Shown here: piece by piece, positions 16,031 to 25,378 of the stretch
Layout of the letters: each line of letters starts with the position of its first letter
Numbering within the stretch: position 1 is the first letter of the stretch
From: Myxococcota bacterium
GTDB lineage: Bacteria > Myxococcota_A > UBA796 > UBA2385
Assembly (NCBI GenBank): GCA_044344255.1
Contig: JBIJDH010000019.1
Location: 96,001-160,000 of the forward strand
Reading direction: 5' to 3'
Length of the DNA: 64,000 nucleotides
Position numbers and translations under genes: made by a program
The notes under the pieces: model-generated
Database searches by the model: none
Told to the model about the DNA's origin: nothing
Seen by the model: only the letters and a program-made list of their open reading frames with translations

Positions 16031-18190
16031 ATGGCCTCCACCCTCCGCCCGCACCGCCTCCTCCCGCTCCTGGCCCTCGGCCTGCCGCTCGCCGCGGGCG
16101 CCGGGGGGCCGCCGGTCGATCCCTACGAGGAGACCGATGAGACCGAGCTCTTCCGCGCCGAGCAGAAGGTGGTCACCGTGGCCTCGCGCTACGCGCAGAC
16201 GGTCCGCCAGGCCCCGAGCATCGTCACCCTGATCACGGCGCTCGAGATCCGCAACCGCGGCTACCGCACGCTGGCTGATCTCCTCGCCGACGTGCCGGGC
16301 GTGCATGTCACGATGGCCAAGGAGGGGCGCTCCCTCGCCTGGTTCCGCGGGGTGATCAGCCCGGACAACAACAAGATCCTGCTGCTCGTAGACGGCGTGC
16401 CCTGGTACGACGGCGTCTACACCCACGCCTGGATCGACGACTACATCCCCCTCTCCAACGTCAAGCAGGTCGAGATTATCAAGGGCCCGGGCTCGGCGGT
16501 CTACGGCTCGAACGCCTTCGCCGGCGTGATCAACGTGGTCACCTTCGGCGCCAAAGACCTGCAGGGCGGCTTCGTCCGCGCCGAGGTGGGCAGCGACGGC
16601 CGCGGCAGCGTCTCGGCCATCGCCGCCGACCGCGTGGGCCTCCGCGGCACCGAGATCCAGGTCCGCAGCTTCGCCCGTTACCTCGACCTCGACGGCGACG
16701 GCATCAACCTCACGCCCAAGGGCGAGCCGAGCGTGGTCGGCACGAACCCCCGCCGCTCGATCAACGGCAGCTTCGGCCTCAAGGTGGGCGGGCTCGACCT
16801 CGGCGTCGACTTCGTCGACTATCGGCACACCTACTTCACGAACGCCCAGAACGACGCGTTCGACGTCCTCTTCCAGGACGACAGTCAATATCAGTTCGCC
16901 TACCGCAACCAATTCGTTCACGCGCGCTACGAGGCCTTCCTCGGCTCGCTGGGCACGGTCACGCCCTACGGCTACGCGCAGCGCTACGACAACCCGGGCC
17001 TCTACGCCTTCTTCCAGCCCACCACCACCGTCGAGAACGAGGACGGCAGCTTCACCACCGAGCTGCACAGCACCCTCGTCTCCGCCCAGAAGGTGACCGA
17101 GCGCTACGGCTTCGGCGCCGAGCTCCGCCTACACCCGAGCCCCGACCACACCACCGTCGGCGGGCTGGGCGGCGAGGCCACCCACGTCACCACCCTCGAG
17201 GACTTCCGCTTCGAGGACTTCGAGCCCGATCCGGTCACCCCCTCCGGCTTCCGCGTCGACGACGACCGCCGCGCCATCACCGACTTCTTCGCCTTCGCCC
17301 AGCACACCTGGACGACCACCTGGTGGATGGAGCTCACGGGCGGCCTGCGCGCCGACTACCAGAACTTCTACGGCTTCTTCTTGAGCCCGCGCGCCGGCGT
17401 CCTGCTCATCCCCACCGAGGACACCACCGTCAAGGTGCTCTACGGCCGCGCCTTCCGCGCCCCCAACGCCCGCGAGCTGCTCGTGGTGGTCGGCAAGAAC
17501 GGTGAAGGGAGCAATCTGTTCACCGCCGGCAACCCGGCGCTCCAGCCCGAGTCGATCGACACCATCGAGACCGAGCTCACGCTCACCCCCATCTCCCGGC
17601 TCGAGCTGCGCACGGCGGCCTTCGGCTCCTTCATCCAGGACGAGATCAACACGATCTCCGGCAACGACCCCGTCCTCGGCGACTACTACGTCACCAACCG
17701 CGGCGAGTCGAGGGCCTTCGGGGCCGAGGCCGAGGTGAAGGCGACGGTGGCCACAGTGGAGCTGGGGGCCGACTACGCCTGGACTCACGCCATCGACACC
17801 GACACCGAGTTTCGCCAGTACGGCGTGCCGGTGCACATGGCCCACGCCCGCGCCACCTGGACGGTCACCAAGGGCCTGCGCCTCGCCGCCCTCGGCAAGT
17901 TCGTCGGCACGCAGCCCAGGGCCGAGTGGAGCCCCGACGCCGGCCTGCCCGACGGCGAGCCCTACGCGACCATCGACCTCGCCGCCTCCACCGACGTGCT
18001 CGCCAACGACCGGCTGCGGGTCGACCTCAGCGTCCACAACGTCGTGGACAACAACACCGAGCACCTCATCTACCTCGACGACGCCAACGCCACGACCACC
18101 GACGACGCGGGCGCCGTGGTGGCGAAGTACCCCTACGACATCCAGGCCGAGGGCCGGGTCTTCACGGCCGCCGTCGAGATGCGCTTCTGA
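16031..18190 (+). CDS. TonB-dependent outer membrane receptor
   Basis: Signal peptide; plug VTVASR...APSIVTLIT...LLLVDG...QVEIIKGPGSAVYGSNAFAGVINVVT; YGRAFRAP; LQPESI; C-terminal Phe. Confidence 0.93.
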   Translation: MASTLRPHRLLPLLALGLPLAAGAGGPPVDPYEETDETELFRAEQKVVTVASRYAQTVRQAPSIVTLITALEIRNRGYRTLADLLADVPGVHVTMAKEGRSLAWFRGVISPDNNKILLLVDGVPWYDGVYTHAWIDDYIPLSNVKQVEIIKGPGSAVYGSNAFAGVINVVTFGAKDLQGGFVRAEVGSDGRGSVSAIAADRVGLRGTEIQVRSFARYLDLDGDGINLTPKGEPSVVGTNPRRSINGSFGLKVGGLDLGVDFVDYRHTYFTNAQNDAFDVLFQDDSQYQFAYRNQFVHARYEAFLGSLGTVTPYGYAQRYDNPGLYAFFQPTTTVENEDGSFTTELHSTLVSAQKVTERYGFGAELRLHPSPDHTTVGGLGGEATHVTTLEDFRFEDFEPDPVTPSGFRVDDDRRAITDFFAFAQHTWTTTWWMELTGGLRADYQNFYGFFLSPRAGVLLIPTEDTTVKVLYGRAFRAPNARELLVVVGKNGEGSNLFTAGNPALQPESIDTIETELTLTPISRLELRTAAFGSFIQDEINTISGNDPVLGDYYVTNRGESRAFGAEAEVKATVATVELGADYAWTHAIDTDTEFRQYGVPVHMAHARATWTVTKGLRLAALGKFVGTQPRAEWSPDAGLPDGEPYATIDLAASTDVLANDRLRVDLSVHNVVDNNTEHLIYLDDANATTTDDAGAVVAKYPYDIQAEGRVFTAAVEMRF

Positions 18191-18220
18191 GCCGCCTCGG
18201 CCGCGGTCCGTACACGTCGG

Positions 18221-19489
18221 TCAGTACACGTCGGTCAAGTAGGTGATGCCGAGGCACATCTCATCGCCGGTGCCCTCGCCCCACTGGGCGTCCTGGTCGG
18301 TGGTGTTGTCCCAGCTACACTCGAGGCGGAACACGTCGCCCTGCTGCACCTGGACGGGCTCCTCCATCCAGTAGGTGCGCTGCCAGGCGAAGTCCCAGTC
18401 GGAGATGCTGGCCATGCAGGTCTCCGTACCGTCGGCGTGGGCGATGCTCATCCTCGCGGTGCGGCCCATCTGGTGCATGTGCAGCGCGCTCGAGTGGAGG
18501 AAGAAGCCGCCGTCTCCCGCCGAGATCGGGTACTCGAAGGTGTGCGACACCCCCGCCTCGCCGGCGGGGATCTCCATGCCGTTGCCCATCACCCAGGCGA
18601 TGTCGGTCCAGGGCTGGATGTAAGCGCCGTGCTCCACCGAGTCTTCGAGCTGGAGGTCGATGGTGGTGAGGTCTTCGCCCGTGGTGGTCGCGGTGTTGTA
18701 GTGCATCTGCATGACCACCAGCGAGCCCGGCTCCATGCGGATCCCCGTGCCCTCGGGGAAGACGTTGGTGCCGCCGCCGGGGGCCCAGGAGCCCAGCCAG
18801 CCCGTGTTGGAGAGGGACTCGATCGAGTCGGGGCCGGGGCCGCCGTAGCAGGTGTAGCCGGGGGCGGGATCGGCCTCGTCGAGGGCGCGGTAGGGGGCGT
18901 CATCGCCGGGCTCGACGATGAAGAGCACGACGTGGTGCAAGATCTCGAGGTTTCCGGGGCGGATGTCGAAGCCCGTCACGTAGCGGGCCGTGTCCCCCGG
19001 CCACTCGGCGAGGAAGCAGCGATAGTCGTCGGGCGCGGCCGTGGGCGTGTAGGTGATCGGCATCGGCAGCTCGAGGTCTACCCGCGCCAGCGCCTCGTCG
19101 CGCCAGGGCTCCACCGCGAAGTGGTCCGCGGGGTCGCCCTCGGGGCCGCCCGCCTCCGACCAGGCGACGATGGTGTCGATCTCCTCGTCGGTGAGCGAGG
19201 GGTCTCCCAGGTAGTCGTTGCAGCCGGGGTCAGCCTTCCAGGGCGGCATCCGGCGCGTCACCACCGAGGCCGCCACCGCCTCGCGGATGGCCTTCACCGC
19301 CTCGTAGTCCGAGAGCGGGAAGCCCCCGATCTCCCCCGCGGTGTGACAGCCCACGCAGCGCGAGGCCACGATGGGCTCGACGTCGCCGTACCAGGTGGGT
19401 GCGTCGGGATCCGCGCTCGCCGGCGCGCTGTCGCCGCTCTTCGAGTCGGAGCCAGAGCCAGAGCAGGCGGCGAGCAGGAGCCAGAGCAT
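18221..19489 (-). CDS. Lipoprotein with c-type heme motif and copper type II (PHM/DBH-like) monooxygenase domains
   Basis: LAAC lipobox, CVGCH, MPPW, HHVVL, QMHYN, LHMH, WDFAWQ, DEMC. Confidence 0.85.
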   Translation of the reverse strand: MLWLLLAACSGSGSDSKSGDSAPASADPDAPTWYGDVEPIVASRCVGCHTAGEIGGFPLSDYEAVKAIREAVAASVVTRRMPPWKADPGCNDYLGDPSLTDEEIDTIVAWSEAGGPEGDPADHFAVEPWRDEALARVDLELPMPITYTPTAAPDDYRCFLAEWPGDTARYVTGFDIRPGNLEILHHVVLFIVEPGDDAPYRALDEADPAPGYTCYGGPGPDSIESLSNTGWLGSWAPGGGTNVFPEGTGIRMEPGSLVVMQMHYNTATTTGEDLTTIDLQLEDSVEHGAYIQPWTDIAWVMGNGMEIPAGEAGVSHTFEYPISAGDGGFFLHSSALHMHQMGRTARMSIAHADGTETCMASISDWDFAWQRTYWMEEPVQVQQGDVFRLECSWDNTTDQDAQWGEGTGDEMCLGITYLTDVY

Positions 19490-19648
19490 GGGTCACCGGA
19501 GCGCGGGGGAGACGAACCGCGGTCGCCCTCGGCTAACCCGCCGGCGAGCCGCGGCGAAGGCGGCGACACCGCCGCCGAAGGCCCACCTGGGGGCTCAAGG
19601 GGACGCCTCCTGGGGACAAGGGGTCCACGCGCTCGCCACCTCGCAGAC

Positions 19649-19677
19649 TTGACCAGCTTGGTCAGGAGCGCTACGCT
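19649..19677 (+). promoter_or_regulatory. Sigma70-type promoter of the TA operon with overlapping palindromic operator
   Basis: TTGACC (19649-54), 17-nt spacer, TACGCT (19672-77), ATG 6 nt later; inverted repeat TGACCA-gct-TGGTCA at 19650-19664. Confidence 0.75.
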
Positions 19678-19683
19678 CTCGAC

Positions 19684-19926
19684 ATGAACCCCGTGAACAT
19701 CTACGAAGCCAAGACCCACCTCTCTGAGCTGGTCCAGCGTGCTGCGGGCGGCGAAGAGATCGTGATCGCGCGCAACGGGAAGCCTGCCGCTCGACTGGTC
19801 GCGTTGGCGGCCCAGCCCGCGCGTCAGCCAGGCGGATGGGAGGGCCGGGTCTGGGTCTCGTCGGACTTCGAGGAAGCCGACGACACGATCGCTGCGCTCA
19901 TGCTCGGCGGCGACAACCCGGTATGA
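19684..19926 (+). CDS. Phd/YefM family antitoxin
   Basis: VNIYEAKTHLSELV...GEEIVIARNGKPAARLV; ATGA overlap with the toxin gene. Confidence 0.93.
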   Translation: MNPVNIYEAKTHLSELVQRAAGGEEIVIARNGKPAARLVALAAQPARQPGGWEGRVWVSSDFEEADDTIAALMLGGDNPV

Positions 19927-20300
19927 GGCTCCTGCTCGACAGCCACGTCTTCCTTTGGTGGAAGGCGGCGGACCCGCGCCTCTCCCCCCAGATGGTGCGC
20001 GCGATCGCGGAGGCAGACGAGGTCTACGTCAGCGCTGCCACGGCCTGGGAATTGGGCCTCAAGGTCAGCCTTGGGAAGCTCCGGCTCCCGGAGTCCGTGG
20101 AGGACGGCGTCGCGGCAGCGGGGTTCACGGAGCTCTCCGTCCAGTTCCGTCACACACGGGAGGCCATCGCCCTGCCGCTCCACCATCACGATCCCTTCGA
20201 TCGAATGCTCGTGGCTCAGGCCCGCTGCGAAGGTCTCACGCTGATGACACACGACGACAAGATCACCCGATATGAAGTTTCAATATTGCGCGTTTCCTGA
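19923..20300 (+). CDS. vapC: VapC family PIN-domain toxin
   Basis: MRLLLDSHVFLWW, SAATAWE, HHDPFDRMLVAQA, LMTHD. Confidence 0.93.
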   Translation: MRLLLDSHVFLWWKAADPRLSPQMVRAIAEADEVYVSAATAWELGLKVSLGKLRLPESVEDGVAAAGFTELSVQFRHTREAIALPLHHHDPFDRMLVAQARCEGLTLMTHDDKITRYEVSILRVS

Positions 20301-20316
20301 CCAGCCGAGCAGGCTG

Positions 20317-21069
20317 TTAAATGGAACAGCCGTCCGAGAGGCATGTGTAGCCTTCGCTCGAAGTGGAGGCACATTGTGGATAGCCGGGATCGAGGCAGTC
20401 GTCGCTCGTATGACAGGTATCCATTGCAGCGCGGCACGCGAGGGACCGTCTGCTGCCGCACCCGTCAGAGAAGGTAGAGTATCCGCACTGCCCAGATTCG
20501 CAGGAATCGTTCTCGGCACACGACGCGTAGATGCAGCCAGATAGCCCGAAGTTTCCGCTCAAACTGGAGGGAGCACAGATCTCAGTGGAGCTGGAGCCAT
20601 TGGAGGCACAGTCGGCGTCGGTCTCGCAGGCATAGACACAGCCGCAGTAGGTCTCGGTGAATTCAAAATTGGTCGATGAGATGCAGTGTCCATTGGGCCG
20701 CTCGGCGCAGTCTTCGTCTCCGGTGCACAGGAGGCGGTCCTCCGTGCCCTCGCAGGCCGACGCCGCGGTTCCTACGGAGACTGCCACAGCCGCACGTCGG
20801 TTGATCGCACCGTCCGCGCAACGCTCAAAGCCGGTGGGGGCGCCGCGGTCGTCGATGGAGGCGGGCGACTCGCAAGGAGGAGCGGTAGGGCCGGTCTCTT
20901 CGCCTCTCTCACCCTTCTCACAGGCCTCTGAGCCAATCGTAAGGAAGACGAGGAGGCAGAGGCGACCGAACGGACCGCAGGTGGAGACGGGCTCATGCAT
21001 GACCCATGATACGCCATCCGGTCGCTGAAACTTCCAACAGATCTGGTGCCATCTGTCTTGCTGGCACAA
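20317..21069 (-). CDS. Cys-rich putative exported protein with atypical (lower GC) codon usage; start uncertain, possibly near 21000
   Basis: Open frame with hydrophobic LCLLVFLTIG..AC and many C-x2-D-x-D-C units; frequent A/T third positions. Confidence 0.6.
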   Translation of the reverse strand: MCQQDRWHQICWKFQRPDGVSWVMHEPVSTCGPFGRLCLLVFLTIGSEACEKGERGEETGPTAPPCESPASIDDRGAPTGFERCADGAINRRAAVAVSVGTAASACEGTEDRLLCTGDEDCAERPNGHCISSTNFEFTETYCGCVYACETDADCASNGSSSTEICAPSSLSGNFGLSGCIYASCAENDSCESGQCGYSTFSDGCGSRRSLACRAAMDTCHTSDDCLDPGYPQCASTSSEGYTCLSDGCSI

Positions 21070-21164
21070 TCGCAGCCCGGCCCACGTCAGCGAGACCCCC
21101 GGCCCTCCGCGGATCGCCCCGCGCCAACCCGCCTCCGCCCCCAGTCACTCGGCCTCTCAGCCCC

Positions 21165-22088
21165 TCAGCCATCCCGCATCCAGGCCACCGCCGCGGCGAG
21201 CCCCTCCGCGAGCGGCGTCTTCGGCGCCCAGCCGAGGACCTCGCGGGCGCGGGAGATGTCGGCGTGGGTGCGCGGCACGTCCCCGCGCTGCTCGGGGTGA
21301 CGCTCGACGGTGAGGGGGCGGCCGACGGCGACCGAGACCGCGGCGACGAGGCCGTCGAGGCTGATCGGCGCGCCGCCGCCGATGTTGAGCACAGCCCAGC
21401 GCTGGGGGCGGTCGATGGCGGCGAGGAGGGCGTCGACGGCGTCGTCAGCGTAGGTGTAGTCGCGGAGGCTGCTGCCGTCGCCGTAGAGGGGCAGGGGCTC
21501 GTGGGCCAGGGCCCGGCGGAGGAAGCGGCTGATCGCCATCGCCGGTCGCTGGCGCGGCCCGTAGACGGTGAAGAAGCGGAGGCAGGTGACCGGCACCGAA
21601 GAGCCCATCGCCGCGGCATAGCCAAGGAGCTCCCCCGCCTTCTTGGTCGCGGCGTAGGGGCTGTGCGGGGCGTCGGTGGGGTCCTCCTCACGGAAGGGGC
21701 CGCCGGCGCGGGAGCCATAGACCGAAGAAGAGCTGGCGAAGACCACCCGCGCCCCGAGGCGGCGGGCGGCCTCGAGGACGACGGCGGTGCCGTCGATGTT
21801 CACGGAGCTGTAGAGGAGCGGGTCGAGCAGCGACTCCCGCACCCCGGCCCGCGCCGCGAGGTGGACGATGACCGGCGCCCCCTCGGCCGCCGCGGTCACC
21901 GCGCCGAGGTCGCGGACGTCCGCGGGCACGAACTCTGCGTCGAGCCCGCGCAGGTTGTGCGCCTTGATCGCTGGATCGTAGGCGTCGTCAAGGTTGTCGA
22001 GCACGGTGACCGTGTCACCCCGCGAGAGCAGCCGCCGCACGAGGTGGGAGCCGATGAAGCCGGCGCCGCCAGTGACGAGCACCTTCAT
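21165..22088 (-). CDS. NAD-dependent nucleotide-sugar epimerase/dehydratase (UDP-glucuronate 4-epimerase-like)
   Basis: GGAGFIG, HLAARAGVR, ASSSSVYG, YAATK, LRFFTVYGPRQRP.MA. Confidence 0.9.
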   Translation of the reverse strand: MKVLVTGGAGFIGSHLVRRLLSRGDTVTVLDNLDDAYDPAIKAHNLRGLDAEFVPADVRDLGAVTAAAEGAPVIVHLAARAGVRESLLDPLLYSSVNIDGTAVVLEAARRLGARVVFASSSSVYGSRAGGPFREEDPTDAPHSPYAATKKAGELLGYAAAMGSSVPVTCLRFFTVYGPRQRPAMAISRFLRRALAHEPLPLYGDGSSLRDYTYADDAVDALLAAIDRPQRWAVLNIGGGAPISLDGLVAAVSVAVGRPLTVERHPEQRGDVPRTHADISRAREVLGWAPKTPLAEGLAAAVAWMRDG

Positions 22089-22125
22089 GCGCAGGCCCCC
22101 CGCGGATGGACCGAAGCCACCGGCC

Positions 22126-23460
22126 TCAACGGAGCACCCGGTAGCGCTCGGCGAGCTTGGACTGGCGGGTCTGGCGGCTGGTGAGCGCGCCGTCGATCCA
22201 GACGCGGCGCACCGACTGGCGGGCCTGGAGCGGGTCGCCCGTGGCCTCGAAGAAGGTGGCCGGCGCCCCGACGGCGAGCTGGCCATAGCCCTCGCCCAGG
22301 CCGAGCAGCCCGCCTGCGCCGCTCGTGAGCGCCGTGATCGCCGTCTCCCAGCGGAGGCCGTGCGCCACGGTGACGCCAGCGTCCACCCGCAGGCCGCGCG
22401 AGAAGTGGTTGGCGCCCGAGCGGAAGGCGAGCTTCACCCCGGCCTCGTCGAGGCGCCGCGCGTTGTCGTAGCGGGCGTGCAGGGTCTCGAAGCTGTCGGG
22501 CTGCACCATCAGCGGGCCGAGCAGCACGCCCAAGCCAGAGGCCGCGAGCTCCCGGGCCACGAGGTGCCCCTCGGCGCAGCCCACCAGCGCGCCCTTCAGC
22601 TTGTGGTCCCGGAGGAGCGCGACCGCGGCAAGGATGTCGTCGGCCCGCTCGGCCTTGACGAGGGTGAGGAGCTTGCCGCGCTTCCAGTCCCGCAGGGCGC
22701 GGTCGCGGGGGGATGCGTCTTTGTCGTCGGGGGGCTCGTCCTTGTCGTCCTTGTCGTCCTGCGCCTTGTCTCGGCGGCGCCGCCCCTTCTTTTCGTCGTC
22801 CTCGTCCTCGTCCTCGTCCTCGGGCAGCTTGGTGGCGTCGAGCAGCTCGCGCAGCTTCATCGCCACGCCCATCCGGCTCTTGGGGCCGCTCGGGTGGGCC
22901 TCTCCCGCCCCGCCGAGGTTGACGCAGAGGCCGATCGGGGCGCGGATCAGGGCCTCCTCGAGGGTGCGGCCGGCGGAGCGCACGAGCCCGGCCTGCCCGG
23001 TGATGAGGTGGTTCGCCTCTGGCTGGAGGAGGAGCGCCGTGATGCCGGCCACCCGCGTCACCGGGACGACCTCGGAGAGGGGGTTGTAGCCCTCCCAGGC
23101 GCGGGCGTCGGGGGTGACGGCGTCGCTCGACTCGTCCTCGTCGTGGGTGCCCTGCTCGAGGCCAATCTCGAACATGCCCACCGTGCAGCCGGCGTCGGTG
23201 AAGCCGGGGCAGAGCCAGGCGCCGCCGAGGTCTTCGCCGCTCGTGACCGCTTCGCCCAGGGCGGCGATCTTCCCGCCCTCCACGCGAACCCCGCCGCGCC
23301 CGAGCGCGCCGCCCGGCAGGACGAGGGTGGCGTTTCGAAGCGTGAAGTCCGCGGCGGCGAAGCGCCCGCCGACGGGCTCGGCCTCCCTCGCCGCCGCGAG
23401 GCCCAGGCGCGGGGCGAGCAGGCCGGCGGCGCCGAGCGCGAGGAGCTGGCGGCGGTTCAT
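22126..23460 (-). CDS. Amidohydrolase-fold protein with Tat-like signal and degenerate metal site
   Basis: MNRRQLLALGAAG; PGFTDAGCTVG where DxHxH is expected; SRMG; GQLAVGAPAT; VWIDG. Confidence 0.8.
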   Translation of the reverse strand: MNRRQLLALGAAGLLAPRLGLAAAREAEPVGGRFAAADFTLRNATLVLPGGALGRGGVRVEGGKIAALGEAVTSGEDLGGAWLCPGFTDAGCTVGMFEIGLEQGTHDEDESSDAVTPDARAWEGYNPLSEVVPVTRVAGITALLLQPEANHLITGQAGLVRSAGRTLEEALIRAPIGLCVNLGGAGEAHPSGPKSRMGVAMKLRELLDATKLPEDEDEDEDDEKKGRRRRDKAQDDKDDKDEPPDDKDASPRDRALRDWKRGKLLTLVKAERADDILAAVALLRDHKLKGALVGCAEGHLVARELAASGLGVLLGPLMVQPDSFETLHARYDNARRLDEAGVKLAFRSGANHFSRGLRVDAGVTVAHGLRWETAITALTSGAGGLLGLGEGYGQLAVGAPATFFEATGDPLQARQSVRRVWIDGALTSRQTRQSKLAERYRVLR

Positions 23461-23473
23461 CCCCGCCGGTGAG

Positions 23474-24694
23474 TCAGGGCCGGCCATCGGGATCTCCCTC
23501 CACCGCTCGATCGTAGACGAGCTGTCCGTCGATCCAGGTGCGGCTGACGAGCGTGGTGGTGTCGAGCGGGTGCCGGCTGAAGAGGGCCATGTCGGCGTCC
23601 TTCCCGGGGCTGAGCGTGCCCACCCGCCCCTCCACGCCGAGGAGGGTGGCGGGGTCGAGGGTGATGGTCTCGAGCGCGTCGGCCTCGCTCATCCCGGTGC
23701 CCACGAGCTTGGCGGCCTCGGTGTAGAGGCGCTGCACGGTGTTGGCCGAGTCGGAGTGCATCGCGACCCGCACGCCGGCTTGCTTGTTGAGCAGCGCGTT
23801 CTCGGGGACGGCGTCCCAGGCCTCCATCTTGAAGCCCCACCAATCTGGCCAGGTGGCCACGCCGGTGCCGTGGGCGGCGAGGAGGTCGCGCACCTTGTAA
23901 GCCTCGAGCCCGTGCTGGAAGCTCGCCACCTTCACGCCGTACTGGTCCATGACCCGGTAGATGCCCTCGATGTCATCGGCCCGGTAGCAGTGCACGTGGA
24001 CGCGGATCTCGCCGTCGAGCACGTCGAGCAGCACCTCCTGGTCGAGGTCCATCGGGGGGCGATCCTTCGTGCGGGCGCGCTCCGTCCGATAGTCGAGCGC
24101 CCCCTGGAAGGCCGCCCGCATCGCCGCCATGTTGCCCATCCGCGTGCTCGGGCCGTCCTCGTCGGCGGCGTAGACCCGCTTCGGGTTCTCGCCGCAGGCC
24201 ATCTTGATGCCGCGCGGCGCCCCCTCGAAGATCATCCCCTTGAGCGTGCGCGAGGGCCGGAGCTTCAGCACCGCCGACTGCCCGCCGATGAGGTTGGCGC
24301 TGCCCGGCAGCACCTGGATGGTGGTGACGCCCCCCGCGCGGGCCCGAGACAGCGCAGGGTCCTCGACGTGGAAGCTGTCGCCGGCCCACACCCGCGGGGT
24401 GGTGGGGGCGGTGGCCTCGTTGCCGTCGTCGTTCCCGCCGGAGCCCGGCCAGGAGTAGACGCCCATGTGGGAGTGGACGTCGATGATGCCGGGGAGGAGG
24501 AACTGCCCCGCCCCGTCCACCACCGTGGCTGTCCCGGGCGGCACGGGGAGCCCGGCGCCGAGGGCCTCGATCTTGCCCCCGGTGACGAGGACGGTGGCGT
24601 CGGCGACGGGCGGCCCGGAGATCGGCAGCGCCGTCACGTGGACGATAGCGAGGTCGGCGGCCCAGGCCGCAGCGAGGAGGGAGATCAGGAGCAT
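23474..24694 (-). CDS. Amidohydrolase family protein (imidazolonepropionase-like), secreted
   Basis: PGIIDVHSH, LPGSANLIGG, KMACGENPKR, VHCY, FQH, HSD, GKDAD. Confidence 0.9.
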   Translation of the reverse strand: MLLISLLAAAWAADLAIVHVTALPISGPPVADATVLVTGGKIEALGAGLPVPPGTATVVDGAGQFLLPGIIDVHSHMGVYSWPGSGGNDDGNEATAPTTPRVWAGDSFHVEDPALSRARAGGVTTIQVLPGSANLIGGQSAVLKLRPSRTLKGMIFEGAPRGIKMACGENPKRVYAADEDGPSTRMGNMAAMRAAFQGALDYRTERARTKDRPPMDLDQEVLLDVLDGEIRVHVHCYRADDIEGIYRVMDQYGVKVASFQHGLEAYKVRDLLAAHGTGVATWPDWWGFKMEAWDAVPENALLNKQAGVRVAMHSDSANTVQRLYTEAAKLVGTGMSEADALETITLDPATLLGVEGRVGTLSPGKDADMALFSRHPLDTTTLVSRTWIDGQLVYDRAVEGDPDGRP

Positions 24695-24749
24695 CGGCGC
24701 AGGGCCTCCTCGTTGAAGGGCCGCGCTCGCCCGCTCTCCGCTCCCCGGC

Positions 24750-25331
24750 TCATCCGACGAGGCCGTCGAGGAGGCGATGGAGGTCGGTCGGGAGCTGGTG
24801 GCCGCGGTAGCGGATGAGGCCGTCTTGATCGAGGATCAAGACGAGGGGGATCGACTCGACCCGGAAGGCCCGGCTGAGCGCCCCCATAGGATCGAGCAGC
24901 ACCCGGCCGCCGACGCCGATGCGCGGCGCGGCGTCCGCGACGAGCGCCGCCGACTCCCCGGCGTTGACCGAGAGGAACTCGACGGTGTCCCCATAGGAGG
25001 CCGCGGCGGCCGCCACGGCCGGGGCCTCGGCCCGACAGGGGCCGCACCAGGAGGCCCAGAAGACCACCACCGTCGGCTTTCCCCCATGATCGGCGAGGCG
25101 GTAGGTCTCCCCCGAGAGGGCGGGGGCCTCGATCTCGGGGGCGGTGTTGCCCTCCGCCGAGCCCACCGGCGGCCCGCCGCAGCCGATGACGCCGACGAGG
25201 CTGACGAGGCCGATCAGCAGCAGCCCGAGCGAGCGAGCGCGCGACCACCGGGCCGTCTGCGCCGCCGCGGGCGCCGTCGCGGAGGGGGTACAGGCGTCGC
25301 GGGGGGCGCCGGGGAGGGGGGCTCGGGGCAT
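24750..25331 (-). CDS. TlpA/ResA-like thiol-disulfide oxidoreductase (start uncertain)
   Basis: VVFWASWCGPCRAEAP, cis-Pro VESIP, N-terminal hydrophobic/lipoprotein anchor. Confidence 0.88.
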   Translation of the reverse strand: MPRAPLPGAPRDACTPSATAPAAAQTARWSRARSLGLLLIGLVSLVGVIGCGGPPVGSAEGNTAPEIEAPALSGETYRLADHGGKPTVVVFWASWCGPCRAEAPAVAAAAASYGDTVEFLSVNAGESAALVADAAPRIGVGGRVLLDPMGALSRAFRVESIPLVLILDQDGLIRYRGHQLPTDLHRLLDGLVG

Positions 25332-25378
25332 GGGCGACGATGCTATCACGCTCGACCGGGCGCCCCCGCCGGGCTCGC

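Noticed and set aside
19580..21160. TA region as an integrated mobile element
   Set aside because: No integrase, transposase, terminal inverted repeats or clear target duplication seen.
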